Positions 1 through 10,442 are shown, numbered from the stretch's first letter. The stretch is DNA of 64,000 bases from Oscillospiraceae bacterium (GCA_015064385.1 SVSI01000008.1:728-64727), one strand, 5' to 3'. The notes: generated from the letters alone by a model not told the origin. Numbers and translations are program-made.

Positions 1-806
1 CTGACAATATCGGAGAGGTTTTGTCCGAATACAAGGATATTAAGGTCGTGAATCAGGAAAACGGTGGGGTATCGGTTGCGCGTAACAGCGGAATAGACGC
101 AGCAGAAGGTGAATTTGTCTGTTTCCTTGACGCTGACGATCTTTGGTTTCCAAATCATCTTGAAACTCTTCTTTTTTACATAAATGAAAATCCGGGTATA
201 AACTATTTTATAACGTCGAACTCTGTAACCTACTCGAACGGAACGTCTTATAATAGCTCGGACAAGCTTTCTTCCATCAGCGGCGATTTCATAATAACCG
301 ACAATTTATTCAAGCTTCTGAATACTTACGGCGATGCAATAGTGCATACTAACTGTATATGTGTGAAAAGGTCATCGCTTATAAGGCATTCCCTGAGATT
401 TGAGCCGGGTGAGCGACTCGGCGAGGATACCGATATGTGGTATCGCATAGCCCTTAAGGAAAAGTTACTTCTTTCAAAAAAGATCACAACGATGTACAGA
501 AGGGAAAACAGCACCGCGACTCGCAACACGGTGACTCCCGAAAGCTGGATCTTCTCGCGCAGAATTTACGATATTCTTTCTGACGGGGACATTTCAGACA
601 GTGTAAAAAAAGAATGCTCGCTTTTGGTTGACAGATACACACTCACTTGTGCACGACAGCTCAAATGCTTTGGTAAAAGTAAAGAAGCAAGGGCAAAGCT
701 CGCAACTGTAAAATACAAAAGCGGCAGAAGATATGTTCTTACATATATTCTTTGCCATATTCCGGTTGCGCTATGCCGCAAAATACTTGGCGTGAAAGGC
801 AAATAA
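1..806 (+). CDS. Glycosyltransferase family 2 (5' end cut by window edge)
   Basis: The frame is open from nt 3. The sequence ..DNIGEVLSEYKDIKVVNQENGGVSVARNSG..FVCFLDADD is the GT-A/GT2 nucleotide-binding region with a DxD motif. The TTG at 21 given by the ORF track is probably internal. Confidence 0.8.
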   Translation, partial: DNIGEVLSEYKDIKVVNQENGGVSVARNSGIDAAEGEFVCFLDADDLWFPNHLETLLFYINENPGINYFITSNSVTYSNGTSYNSSDKLSSISGDFIITDNLFKLLNTYGDAIVHTNCICVKRSSLIRHSLRFEPGERLGEDTDMWYRIALKEKLLLSKKITTMYRRENSTATRNTVTPESWIFSRRIYDILSDGDISDSVKKECSLLVDRYTLTCARQLKCFGKSKEARAKLATVKYKSGRRYVLTYILCHIPVALCRKILGVKGK

Positions 807-1883
807 ATGACTGTATATATAGTAAACTTTGTTGTAAATATGCTGCTCGGTCTTTTTCTTACGCATATAAAAACGCGAAGCGAGAAAAGAAAATACGAGA
901 AGCTTTATCTTCTTATAACCGTACTTCAGTTCGGACTCGTTTGCGGATTTAGGGCGACTTCCGTGGGTTGGGATACTGCTGCATATTCAACCATATTTAA
1001 CCATACCCCAGATACGTGGGAACATATCTTTAATAACAAGCAGCACATTGAGATCGGATTTTCGGTCTTTTGTTCGATAATAAAGATACTTGGCGGAAAT
1101 TATCAGACGATGTTCATTATTTCCTCGCTGTTCGTTATGAGCAGTGCGTGTATCTTCATATACAGACATTCAAAAGACATAGTTATTAGTGTTTTTATCC
1201 TTATCTCGTTTCCGTTCTACTATTCGTCCTTTGATATTATAAGACACTTTATGGCAACGGCATTCTTCCTTCTCGGATACAAGTACGTTGTGGAACGTAA
1301 ATTTGTTAAATACGTTATTTTTCTTGCAATCGGAAGTCTTTTTCATACGATCGCATGGCTGTTCTTGCCGTTTTACTTTGTTCGAAAGATCAAATGGAAT
1401 GGGCTTACGCTGGCGCTTGCCGGTATTGCCACCGCGGTATGTTTCTTCTTCCTTGACGATATTGCGGTTATTCTTGCAACGCTTATCAACAAAACGGTCC
1501 CTAAAATGTGGGTCGGCTCGTATGGCGGAGGAGTAAGGACGGCGATTATGTATTTGGTAGTTCTGATCATTTCTATTTTCGCATTTTACAATCAGAGGGA
1601 AACGGGTGAAAGTAAAAGTAACGCGTTAAACCTCATAACTATTTTGTTTATATTTTCTGTTATCTTTATAAACGCGAGAATAATGACCCGTCTTATGATG
1701 ACCACCGTTCCGCTTATGGCAATCGCAATTCCTGAGCTTGTAAGTGATAAGAAAAATATAAAAAGCTATGATAACAATACGGTATATACACTCGGCATTA
1801 TCGCAATAGGTTGTTTCTATCACGGATTTATGCTTTGGATGAGTTGGCAGAACGTAGTGCCCTACGTACCGTATTGGGCGTAA
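807..1883 (+). CDS. EpsG/Wzy-like polysaccharide polymerase (polytopic membrane protein)
   Basis: 358 aa and hydrophobic throughout, with about 10 predicted TM segments. The ATG directly abuts the GT2 stop. Its position in the locus next to GTs and Wzx fits a polymerase. Confidence 0.6.
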   Translation: MTVYIVNFVVNMLLGLFLTHIKTRSEKRKYEKLYLLITVLQFGLVCGFRATSVGWDTAAYSTIFNHTPDTWEHIFNNKQHIEIGFSVFCSIIKILGGNYQTMFIISSLFVMSSACIFIYRHSKDIVISVFILISFPFYYSSFDIIRHFMATAFFLLGYKYVVERKFVKYVIFLAIGSLFHTIAWLFLPFYFVRKIKWNGLTLALAGIATAVCFFFLDDIAVILATLINKTVPKMWVGSYGGGVRTAIMYLVVLIISIFAFYNQRETGESKSNALNLITILFIFSVIFINARIMTRLMMTTVPLMAIAIPELVSDKKNIKSYDNNTVYTLGIIAIGCFYHGFMLWMSWQNVVPYVPYWA

Positions 1884-1898
1884 TATATCAGGAGAAAA

Positions 1899-3131
1899 AT
1901 GAAAAATATTTTAATTTTACTTGATTACTATCTGCCGTTTGCCAGCGCAAACGGTGTGTGCTGTGAAAAAGTGGCCAGTGAGTTTCGAGACAACGGATAT
2001 GATGTAAATATTGTTGCGTATGCTTACGATGATAAAGAATATGAGAATATAAACGGAATTCACGTGCACTATGCTAGAAAAATAAAAAAGAAGTCGTACG
2101 GGATTTGGTCCAAACTTGCCTTTTACGCCGCTTGGCTGTTCAAATTTTCAAAATATCCGGTTACTGAAATTAAGGAGCAAACGGACGAGATTGCTAGAGT
2201 TGCAAGTCAAGTAATTGAGAATAAAAATATTGATACCGTTGTTTGTGTACATCTTCCCGTAGAAACACTTGTTGCCGGAGTTAAGCTTAAAGAAAAGTAT
2301 CCTCACCTCACCTATGTTTCGTATATGCTCGATTCACTTTCCGGTGGGATTGCCCCAAAATTTTTGCCGTATAATTTTTGCAGATTCAGAAAAATCAAAT
2401 GGGAAAATAATTTGCTTGCTCTGTTTGATGGTAACATTTTGATGGAATCAAGTCGACAACATCATACAACATATACCGCCGACTTAGAATGGTATAAAAA
2501 AGCGCATTTTCTTGATGTTCCTGCACTATGTAAAAACAGCCACGTTGAGGACGGCAATATAAAAGTCAACGATGAAGTCATACTTGGATTTGTCGGAACA
2601 ATGTCTGACGGAGTAAGAACGCCGTACGCACTACTAAAAGTACTGTCCGGGATTTCCGATCTGAATATTAGATTTGTCATTGCAGGTAAGAATGCTTGCG
2701 GAGATCTATATGAGTATCTAAAGGATCAAAACAACATAATGCTGAATGTTTTGGGCGAAGTTCCGTATGACAGAGCACAGGATATTTTGAGAGAATGCGA
2801 TTTCTTTGTTAATTTAGGCAATGTTAATCCCAATCTTGTGCCGTCAAAAATTTTTGAATATATGTCATACGGAAAACCGATCATCTCGACGTTTAATTCT
2901 GCTGAAGATTCATCGCTGCCGTATTTGCACAAATATCCGGTGGTATGTCTTATTGACGAACACGACGATAATATTAAAAACGCAGCTGGTATATTAACGG
3001 AGTTTATTAAAGAGCACAGAGAAACCCGAGTTTCCTATGAAAGTATAGCAGAACTTTTTTATAATAACACGCCTGTTGCTTTTCGAGATCTTTTACTGAA
3101 AATTTGTGGGGAAGAAAATGAAAAGACTTGA
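1899..3131 (+). CDS. Glycosyltransferase (GT-B fold, GT1/GT4-like)
   Basis: 410 aa. The C-terminal PSKIFEYMSYGKPIIS resembles the EX7E region of retaining GT-B enzymes. An RBS aggagaaaa precedes the ATG. Confidence 0.6.
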   Translation: MKNILILLDYYLPFASANGVCCEKVASEFRDNGYDVNIVAYAYDDKEYENINGIHVHYARKIKKKSYGIWSKLAFYAAWLFKFSKYPVTEIKEQTDEIARVASQVIENKNIDTVVCVHLPVETLVAGVKLKEKYPHLTYVSYMLDSLSGGIAPKFLPYNFCRFRKIKWENNLLALFDGNILMESSRQHHTTYTADLEWYKKAHFLDVPALCKNSHVEDGNIKVNDEVILGFVGTMSDGVRTPYALLKVLSGISDLNIRFVIAGKNACGDLYEYLKDQNNIMLNVLGEVPYDRAQDILRECDFFVNLGNVNPNLVPSKIFEYMSYGKPIISTFNSAEDSSLPYLHKYPVVCLIDEHDDNIKNAAGILTEFIKEHRETRVSYESIAELFYNNTPVAFRDLLLKICGEENEKT

Positions 3132-4464
3132 AGAAAACGAAAAAATAATTGCCAAAAACGTTTTGATTACATTTGCAGTAAGAGGCGCCGGACTATTGCT
3201 CTCTCTTTTCAGCACCCCGCTGTTTCTGCGTTTCTTTAACGAGGACAAGGGAGTACTTGGAGTGTGGTACACACTACTGTCCGTGCTGTCGTGGTTTATG
3301 ACGTTCGACTTGGGTATAGGAAACGGTATTAGAAACAAATTAGTACACGCATTTACTAAAAACGAAAAGCTTGAAGCCAAAAAAATAATATCGTCAGGAA
3401 TATTTTCCAACGTTGTCGTTACAGCAGTTTTGATAGTGGTAGGTACCGTTCTGATCGGCATACTTGACCTTAATAAATTTCTCAATATATCCGAACAGAC
3501 AATTTCACCCGAGGTTCTTAAACGGTCCGCATACGTGGTTTTTATAGCGATAATGTTGCGCTTTTTGCTAACAATCGTTCACGCTGTATTTTATGCGATG
3601 CAAGCATCCGCTGTCAATAATTTGCTATCACTGTGCTCCAGTGTTTTGCAGTTTTTGTTTGTTTTGCTTTTTCGGTGTGATACGCCGGGTCAAGCGTTGC
3701 TTTCTCTTGCGGTCGCATATTTAATCACGGCTAATGCCCCCACTATTTTGTCCGGAATAATTATATTTGCCACAAAATTAAAATGGTGTATCCCGAGCGT
3801 TAAATGCATTGAGAAACAACACGTACGTGGAGTTATGGGCATAGGAGCGGTCTTTTTCGCGTGTCAGATCATGTTTATGCTTATAATGAACACAAATGAG
3901 GCGGTAATATCAAATTTGTTCGGTCCTCAATATACGACAGAATATACATTTTATTTTAAGATAACGAGTCTTATATCAACGACATTGACGCTTGCTATGA
4001 CTCCGATATGGTCTATTGTAACTAAATCCATAGCCGAAAAGAACTATATCTGGACGAAAAAACTATACGGCATCTTGAAACTAGTCGGATTGGCGGCTGC
4101 CGCATTGGAATTTTTATTGATTCCTTTCTTGCAGTTTATTATGGACGTCTGGCTCGGCAAGGGAACGGTTACTGTTGATTACGGCACGGCCTTTGCTTTT
4201 GCTTGCTTCGGCAGTGTTTTTGTTTACATTGGAATTCTTTCTACCATAGTATGCGGTATGACGCGTATGAAATTGCAGACTATTTCTTATGTTATAGCAA
4301 TGGTGATGCGGTTTGCACTCATTTTTGTTCTTGCCGAATTCGTAGAAAGTTGGAATTTGGTTATATGGTGCACAACTATCGTTCTATTGCCATACTGTAT
4401 AATTCAACACATAGACTTAGATATATATTTCAATAAAAAGATAAAGGAAGGTCAATCGACATGA
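3118..4464 (+). CDS. wzx: Wzx-type oligosaccharide flippase (MOP superfamily)
   Basis: About 448 aa and polytopic, with an N-terminus typical of polysaccharide biosynthesis (PST) proteins. I prefer the ATG at 3118 (MKRLEEN) over the GTG at 3106. Its stop overlaps the fnlA start as ATGA. Confidence 0.75.
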   Translation: MKRLEENEKIIAKNVLITFAVRGAGLLLSLFSTPLFLRFFNEDKGVLGVWYTLLSVLSWFMTFDLGIGNGIRNKLVHAFTKNEKLEAKKIISSGIFSNVVVTAVLIVVGTVLIGILDLNKFLNISEQTISPEVLKRSAYVVFIAIMLRFLLTIVHAVFYAMQASAVNNLLSLCSSVLQFLFVLLFRCDTPGQALLSLAVAYLITANAPTILSGIIIFATKLKWCIPSVKCIEKQHVRGVMGIGAVFFACQIMFMLIMNTNEAVISNLFGPQYTTEYTFYFKITSLISTTLTLAMTPIWSIVTKSIAEKNYIWTKKLYGILKLVGLAAAALEFLLIPFLQFIMDVWLGKGTVTVDYGTAFAFACFGSVFVYIGILSTIVCGMTRMKLQTISYVIAMVMRFALIFVLAEFVESWNLVIWCTTIVLLPYCIIQHIDLDIYFNKKIKEGQST

Positions 4465-5513
4465 GTTTGTTCACAAACAAAACCCTACTTATAACAGGCG
4501 GAACGGGATCTTTCGGAAACGCCGTTCTTAACCGATTTCTGAAAACGGATATAGGCGAGATCCGTGTTTTCTCGCGTGACGAGAAAAAACAGGACGATAT
4601 GCGCCACGAGTTTCAGGCGAAAATGCCCGAGGTTGCAGAAAAAATAAAGTTTTACATCGGAGACGTTCGTGATCTTCAGTCCATAAAGAACGCGATGCAC
4701 GGAGTTGACTATATTTTCCACGCGGCTGCGCTCAAGCAGGTTCCTTCCTGCGAGTTCTTCCCGATAGAGGCGGTAAAAACCAACGTGCTCGGAACTGAAA
4801 ACGTACTGACTGCAGCCATAGACGAGGGCGTAAAATCGGTCATTTGTCTTTCCACGGACAAAGCGGCGTACCCGGTAAACGCAATGGGAACGTCTAAGGC
4901 AATGATGGAGAAGGTTATCGTGGCTAAATCGCGCACGGTATCTCCCGAAAAGACCAAGATCTGCTGTACGCGCTACGGAAACGTTATGTGCTCGCGCGGA
5001 TCGGTCATTCCGCTTTGGATAGACCAGATAAGAAACGGACAGCCGATAACCATTACCGATCCTACGATGACTCGCTTCATTATGTCTCTTGACGAGGCGG
5101 TCGATCTTGTGCTCTTCGCCTTTGAGCATGGCTCGAGCGGAGATATTCTCGTCCAGAAAGCACCCGCTTGCACTATCAAGACGCAGGCAGAGGCGGTATG
5201 CGAGCTTTTCGGCGGCGATAAAGATAATATCAGGGTCATCGGTATTCGCCACGGTGAAAAGATGTACGAGACCCTGCTTACCAACGAGGAGTGCGCAAAC
5301 GCGATAGATATGGGTGATTTCTACCGCGTTCCGTGCGACAAGCGAGGACTTAACTACGATAAGTATTTTTCCGAGGGCGATGCAAAACGCAACCCTCTTA
5401 CCGAATTCAACTCTCATAACACGAAGCTTCTCGATACCGAGGCGGTCAAGGAAAAGCTCCTCTCGCTTCAGTATATAAGAGATGAGCTTAACTCTATGGG
5501 AATAAAACACTAA
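4461..5513 (+). CDS. fnlA: UDP-GlcNAc 4,6-dehydratase/5-epimerase (FnlA/CapE type)
   Basis: KTLLITGGTGSFGNAVLNRFL..IRVFSRDEKKQDDMR..FYIGDVRD is collinear with S. aureus Cap5E as I recall it. Length is 350 aa. Confidence 0.9.
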   Translation: MSLFTNKTLLITGGTGSFGNAVLNRFLKTDIGEIRVFSRDEKKQDDMRHEFQAKMPEVAEKIKFYIGDVRDLQSIKNAMHGVDYIFHAAALKQVPSCEFFPIEAVKTNVLGTENVLTAAIDEGVKSVICLSTDKAAYPVNAMGTSKAMMEKVIVAKSRTVSPEKTKICCTRYGNVMCSRGSVIPLWIDQIRNGQPITITDPTMTRFIMSLDEAVDLVLFAFEHGSSGDILVQKAPACTIKTQAEAVCELFGGDKDNIRVIGIRHGEKMYETLLTNEECANAIDMGDFYRVPCDKRGLNYDKYFSEGDAKRNPLTEFNSHNTKLLDTEAVKEKLLSLQYIRDELNSMGIKH

Positions 5514-5523
5514 AGGAACCGTT

Positions 5524-6720
5524 ATGAACATACTTGTTACGGGTGCGGCAGGATTTGTAGGTAAAAATCTCGCCGCAGCACTGAAGAATATAAAGGACGG
5601 CAAGGACAGAACTCACCCCGAGCTTGATATCGGAGAAATATATCTTTACGACGTTGACTCACCGTCCGAACTTTTAGAGACGGCTTGCAAGGATGCGGAT
5701 TTCGTGTTTAATCTTGCGGGAGTGAACCGTCCAAAGGATCCCGAGGAGTTTATGCAGGGAAACTGCCTTTTCGCGGAAAAGCTGCTTAAAACTTTGAAAA
5801 AACATGAAAACACATGTCCGATAATGCTTTCGAGCTCTATTCAGGCAACGCTTGTCGGTCGGTACGACAGCGATTACGGACGGAGCAAGAAGGCGGGCGA
5901 GGAGCTTTTCTTCGATTATGCGGCTGATACCGGCGCAAAGGTACTCGTTTACCGCTTCCCGAATCTTTTCGGAAAGTGGTGCAGACCTAACTATAACAGC
6001 GCAGTTGCGACTTTTTGTAATAATATCGCAAACGATCTGCCCATTACCGTAAACGATCCCTCGGTTGAGCTTGAACTCCTTTACATAGACGATCTCGTTG
6101 ACGAGATGCTTCTTGCGCTTTCGGGCAGGGAACACAGATGCGAGTTTGACGGAATAAAGACCGTGATCTGCGATGACGGAAAATACTGCGCCGCACCGAT
6201 AACTCACAGAGTTACGCTTGGCGAGATAACAGAGCTTCTTTACAAGTTCAGCAGCCAGAGTAAAACGCTCGTCGTTCCCGATATTCCGGACGGATCGTTC
6301 GCTAAAAAGCTCTATTCTACGTACCTTTCGTATCTTCCCAAAGAGAAGATAGCGTACGAGCTTAAGATGAACGTTGACGAGCGCGGAAGCTTTACCGAGG
6401 TCTTAAAGACGGTAAACTGCGGACAGTTTTCGGTCAACGTGTCAAATCCCGGAATTACCAAGGGACAGCATTGGCACAATACCAAATGGGAATTTTTCAT
6501 CGTAGTTTCGGGAAAAGGACTCATTCAGATGAGAAAGATAGGAACCGACGAGGTTCTTAACTTTGAGGTCAGTGGTGATAAGCCCACGGTGCTTCATATG
6601 CTTCCGGGATACACGCACAACGTGATAAATCTCAGTGACAGCGAAAAGCTGATAACGCTTATGTGGGCAAATGAAAACTTTGACCCAAGCCACCCCGATA
6701 CTTTTTTTGAGGTAGTATAG
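5524..6720 (+). CDS. fnlB: FnlB/CapF-type reductase/epimerase (SDR N-domain plus C-terminal cupin)
   Basis: MNILVTGAAGFVGKNL, LSSSIQAT, FPNLFGKWCRPNYNS, YSTYLSYLP, ERGSFTE and KGQHWHNTK are all blocks shared with Cap5F. Confidence 0.9.
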   Translation: MNILVTGAAGFVGKNLAAALKNIKDGKDRTHPELDIGEIYLYDVDSPSELLETACKDADFVFNLAGVNRPKDPEEFMQGNCLFAEKLLKTLKKHENTCPIMLSSSIQATLVGRYDSDYGRSKKAGEELFFDYAADTGAKVLVYRFPNLFGKWCRPNYNSAVATFCNNIANDLPITVNDPSVELELLYIDDLVDEMLLALSGREHRCEFDGIKTVICDDGKYCAAPITHRVTLGEITELLYKFSSQSKTLVVPDIPDGSFAKKLYSTYLSYLPKEKIAYELKMNVDERGSFTEVLKTVNCGQFSVNVSNPGITKGQHWHNTKWEFFIVVSGKGLIQMRKIGTDEVLNFEVSGDKPTVLHMLPGYTHNVINLSDSEKLITLMWANENFDPSHPDTFFEVV

Positions 6721-6722
6721 AT

Positions 6723-7193
6723 TTGAATAAAACGAGGCAAAAAACAGCGATCGCAATTATCGGCGTTCTGCTCGTCCTTTCGGTTATATTTATTTTCTCA
6801 AATTCCTTCGAGAGCGGTGCGAGGTCCAACGCCGTGAGCGGAAGATTTGCCAAGCTTTTCGGAGGCGTGATCAGAGCTCTCTTCGGAGAGGATGCGAACG
6901 TAAACTATATCGTACGAAAGTGCGCTCATATTGCCGAATTTGCTCTGCTCGGCGCACTCACGCTCACGTTTGTAAAGTTGCTTACCGAATATACCGGTAA
7001 AAAGCTATTTTTCTGCGGACTTTTCGGCACGCTACTGGTTGCGGTAATTGATGAATATATCCAAAGCTTTACGGGACGAACGAGTATGGTCGGCGATATC
7101 CTGCTTGACTTTTTCGGTGCTGTTCTCGGCATGGTTGCGGCATTTTTGCTTTATATTGTAATAAGAAAGTGTAGGAAACAAAATGGAGATTAA
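6723..7193 (+). CDS. VanZ-family membrane protein
   Basis: 156 aa with 4 TM segments. The block RKCAHIAEFALLGAL is typical of VanZ-like proteins. TTG start; the gene overlaps fnlC by 11 nt. Confidence 0.7.
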   Translation: MNKTRQKTAIAIIGVLLVLSVIFIFSNSFESGARSNAVSGRFAKLFGGVIRALFGEDANVNYIVRKCAHIAEFALLGALTLTFVKLLTEYTGKKLFFCGLFGTLLVAVIDEYIQSFTGRTSMVGDILLDFFGAVLGMVAAFLLYIVIRKCRKQNGD

Positions 7194-8367
7194 AAGAGAT
7201 TATTCGGACGTTAGTTTCAAAAACGACGGCAGATTAAAGCTTCTCATAATAGTCGGTACGAGACCGGAAATAATCCGCCTTTCCGCGGTGATTTCAAAGT
7301 GTCGCAAATACTTTGACTGTATTTTGGCTCATACGGGTCAGAACTACGACTATAACCTTAACGGAATATTTTTCAGAGATCTTCGCCTTGAGGATCCCGA
7401 GGTTTATATGAACGCGGTAGGAGACGATCTCGGAGAGACCGTCGGAAACATAATAAACTGCTCGTACAAGCTTATGAGCGCTGTAAAACCCGACGCACTG
7501 CTCATTCTCGGTGATACGAATTCCTGCCTTTCGGCAATATCCGCCAAGAGACTGCACATACCGATCTTCCACATGGAGGCGGGCAACAGATGTAAGGATG
7601 AGTGCCTACCCGAGGAGACAAACAGACGTATAGTTGATATAATCTCGGACGTAAATCTTGCGTATTCCGAGCACGCAAGAAAATATCTCCACGAGTGCGG
7701 ACTTCCCAAGGAGCGTACATACGTAACGGGCTCTCCTATGGCAGAGGTACTTCGCGCAAATATCGACGATATTGAAAAGAGTGATATACTCACAAAGCTC
7801 GGACTTGAAAAGAAAAAATACATACTTCTCTCCGCGCACAGAGAAGAGAATATCGACACCGAAAAGAACTTTAATTCTCTGTTTAACGCGATAAATAAAA
7901 TAGCGGAAATATACGATATGCCGATACTCTATTCCTGCCACCCGCGCAGTAAAAAGCGTCTTGAGACGTCGGGATTTACCCTTGACCCCCGCGTTATCAG
8001 ACACGAGCCCCTCGGTTTCCACGATTACAATAATCTCCAGATGAACGCGTTCGCGGTTATTTCGGACAGCGGAACGCTCCCCGAGGAATCGAGCTTTTTC
8101 ACCTCTATCGGAAAACCGTTTCCCGCAGTTTGCATCCGTACGTCAACCGAAAGACCCGAAGCGCTCGATAAAGCGTGCTTTACTCTTGCGGGCATAGATG
8201 AAAACGGACTCGTTCAGGCGGTACGCACCACAGTCGCGCTTAACGAAAACGGTGATTTCGGCATTCCCGTGCCTGACTACGTTGAGGAAAATGTATCGAC
8301 TAAGGTTGTAAAGATCATCCAAAGCTACACGGGAGTAGTAGATAAAATGGTTTGGAGAAAATATTAA
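7183..8367 (+). CDS. fnlC: UDP-N-acetylglucosamine 2-epimerase, non-hydrolysing (FnlC/CapG type)
   Basis: IVGTRPEIIRLS, HTGQNYDY, LILGDTNSCLSA, HMEAGNRC, SAHREENID. Confidence 0.9.
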   Translation: MEIKRDYSDVSFKNDGRLKLLIIVGTRPEIIRLSAVISKCRKYFDCILAHTGQNYDYNLNGIFFRDLRLEDPEVYMNAVGDDLGETVGNIINCSYKLMSAVKPDALLILGDTNSCLSAISAKRLHIPIFHMEAGNRCKDECLPEETNRRIVDIISDVNLAYSEHARKYLHECGLPKERTYVTGSPMAEVLRANIDDIEKSDILTKLGLEKKKYILLSAHREENIDTEKNFNSLFNAINKIAEIYDMPILYSCHPRSKKRLETSGFTLDPRVIRHEPLGFHDYNNLQMNAFAVISDSGTLPEESSFFTSIGKPFPAVCIRTSTERPEALDKACFTLAGIDENGLVQAVRTTVALNENGDFGIPVPDYVEENVSTKVVKIIQSYTGVVDKMVWRKY

Positions 8368-8369
8368 AT

Positions 8370-10340
8370 ATGAAATTGTTTGAAAACAGATCCCCGTTCA
8401 ACGGAGCGCGATTTACGAGAAGGATCATTCTCGTCTTGGTCGATATCGCGGCGTTCGTACTGTCGTCGATAGCGGCGTTGTGGCTCAGACTTGAGTTCAC
8501 GACTCACTCGCTGACACAGTTCCCATTGTTCTGGAATATGATAAAGCTCCTCCCCGCAACGGTTATATTGGCGATTTTGATATTTGCCGTTTTCGGGCTG
8601 TATAACAGTCTTTGGGAATATGCGGGCGAAAGGGAAGTAATGTCCGTATTTTTGGCGTCCTTCGTTGCAACGGCAGCACAGACGGCACTTCACTACATCA
8701 CGCGTCTGTACGTTCCGAGAAGCTTTTGGCCGATAAATTTCGTGGTGCTTTCCGCGATCGTTCTGACGTCAAGGTTTTCGTACAGATATATCCGAAGAAA
8801 AGTGCGGCTTTATCAAAAAACAAAGTCAAACTCTGCCGGTGAAAAGGTATCAAAGCTGCCTAAAAAACGCACTATGATCATCGGTGCCGGCTCTGCGGGA
8901 GTTACCACTCTCGAGGAGCTCCGAGAAAGTAATTTTTCGCAAAATAACGTCATTTGCTTCATTGACGACGATAAGCAAAAGCAGGGAAAATTCATACACG
9001 GAGTGCCGATTTTCGGCTCGCGCGACCGTATCGAAGAAGCGGTGGCGAGGTACGGAATAGAAGAGATAATTTTCGCTATTCCGTCTGCATCCGCGAAGGT
9101 GAAAGCGGACATTCTTGATATATGCAATAAGACCTCCTGCCGCCTCCGTACGCTTCCCGGAATATATCAGCTCGTTAACGGAGAGGTGGACGTTAAGAAG
9201 ATACGCGACGTAAATATTGAGGACCTTCTTTTCAGAGAGACCGTCAAGCTTGACTTTGACGAAACGCGCCGTAGTTACGCGGGAAAAACCGTACTTGTCA
9301 CAGGTGGCGGCGGTTCTATCGGAAGTGAGCTTTGCAGGCAGATCGCATCCTGCTCACCGAAGAAGCTCGTCATTCTTGATATCTACGAAAACAACGCTTA
9401 CGACATCCAGCAGGAGCTTATAAGAAATTATAAAGATAAGCTTGATCTGTCAGTCGAGATCGGATCGGTGCGCGACAGAATATGCCTTGAATACATATTC
9501 GCAAAATACCGTCCCGACATCGTTTTTCACGCGGCGGCGCATAAGCACGTTCCGCTTATGGAGAACAGTCCTTGCGAGGCGATCAAGAATAACGTTTTCG
9601 GAACGTACAACACCGCGGATATGGCGGAAAAGTACGGTGTTTCCAAGTTTATACTCATATCGACCGATAAGGCGGTCAACCCTACGAACATAATGGGCGC
9701 GTCCAAGCGTCTTTGCGAGATGATAGTTCAGTGCCGTCACGACAGTAATACTAACTTTGCGGCAGTTCGTTTTGGCAACGTTCTCGGATCGAACGGCTCG
9801 GTAATTCCCCTGTTCAGACGTCAGATAGAAAGCGGCGGACCGGTGACCATTACCGATAAGCGCATTATCAGATATTTTATGACCATTCCCGAAGCCAGTC
9901 AGCTCGTTATGGAAGCGGGCGCTATGGCGGAAAAAGGTGAACTGTTCGTTCTCGATATGGGAAAACCCGTTAAGATCTACGACCTTGCGATCAACATGAT
10001 AAAGCTCTCGGGACTCGAGCCGGACGTTGACATTGAGGTAAAGGAGATCGGACTCCGTCCCGGTGAAAAGCTGTACGAGGAGCTTCTTATCAAGAGCGAA
10101 ACTCTTGACAAGACCAAAAACGATATGATCTTCGTTGAGAAGGACGCTTCGCTCTCGAGAGAGGACGTTGAGGACAAGCTTTCCGTGCTCAGAAATGCAC
10201 TTGACGAGTATAAGCAGAGCCACGATAAGCTCACCGTCAAAAACGCAATGAAGCAGACCGTTCCGAGATTCAAGGATCCCGAGGAAATCAATAAAAACTC
10301 TGAAAACTCGGAAGAAATGAAAAGAGTTGCGGGAAAATAA
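8370..10340 (+). CDS. Membrane-anchored NDP-sugar 4,6-dehydratase (CapD/PglF/EpsC family)
   Basis: Four N-terminal TM segments, then two Rossmann regions (IIGAGSAG and VLVTGGGGSIGSEL) and the block STDKAVNPTNIMGASKR. ATG 8370 (MKLFENR) is preferred over the overlapping upstream start. Confidence 0.9.
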   Translation: MKLFENRSPFNGARFTRRIILVLVDIAAFVLSSIAALWLRLEFTTHSLTQFPLFWNMIKLLPATVILAILIFAVFGLYNSLWEYAGEREVMSVFLASFVATAAQTALHYITRLYVPRSFWPINFVVLSAIVLTSRFSYRYIRRKVRLYQKTKSNSAGEKVSKLPKKRTMIIGAGSAGVTTLEELRESNFSQNNVICFIDDDKQKQGKFIHGVPIFGSRDRIEEAVARYGIEEIIFAIPSASAKVKADILDICNKTSCRLRTLPGIYQLVNGEVDVKKIRDVNIEDLLFRETVKLDFDETRRSYAGKTVLVTGGGGSIGSELCRQIASCSPKKLVILDIYENNAYDIQQELIRNYKDKLDLSVEIGSVRDRICLEYIFAKYRPDIVFHAAAHKHVPLMENSPCEAIKNNVFGTYNTADMAEKYGVSKFILISTDKAVNPTNIMGASKRLCEMIVQCRHDSNTNFAAVRFGNVLGSNGSVIPLFRRQIESGGPVTITDKRIIRYFMTIPEASQLVMEAGAMAEKGELFVLDMGKPVKIYDLAINMIKLSGLEPDVDIEVKEIGLRPGEKLYEELLIKSETLDKTKNDMIFVEKDASLSREDVEDKLSVLRNALDEYKQSHDKLTVKNAMKQTVPRFKDPEEINKNSENSEEMKRVAGK

Positions 10341-10353
10341 TGCAAAATAGGGT

Positions 10354-10396
10354 AAAAGTACTTTTGAAACGCAAAAAAGCGGCAAAAGTACTTTTG
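10354..10396. promoter_or_regulatory. Two copies of the palindrome AAAAGTACTTTT (candidate operator pair)
   Basis: AAAAGTACTTTT occurs at 10354-10365. CAAAAGTACTTTTG, a perfect 14-bp palindrome, occurs at 10383-10396. The centres are 30 bp apart and lie just upstream of the -35 box at 10414. Confidence 0.45.
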
Positions 10397-10413
10397 TTTT
10401 TTCACTTTTACTA

Positions 10414-10442
10414 TTGATTTTTTATTATATATATGTTATAAT
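10414..10442 (+). promoter_or_regulatory. Sigma-A-type promoter for the wzz/kinase sub-operon
   Basis: TTGATT (10414-10419), a 17-nt spacer, then TATAAT (10437-10442). The ATG lies 65 nt downstream, preceded by GAGGAAG. Confidence 0.6.
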
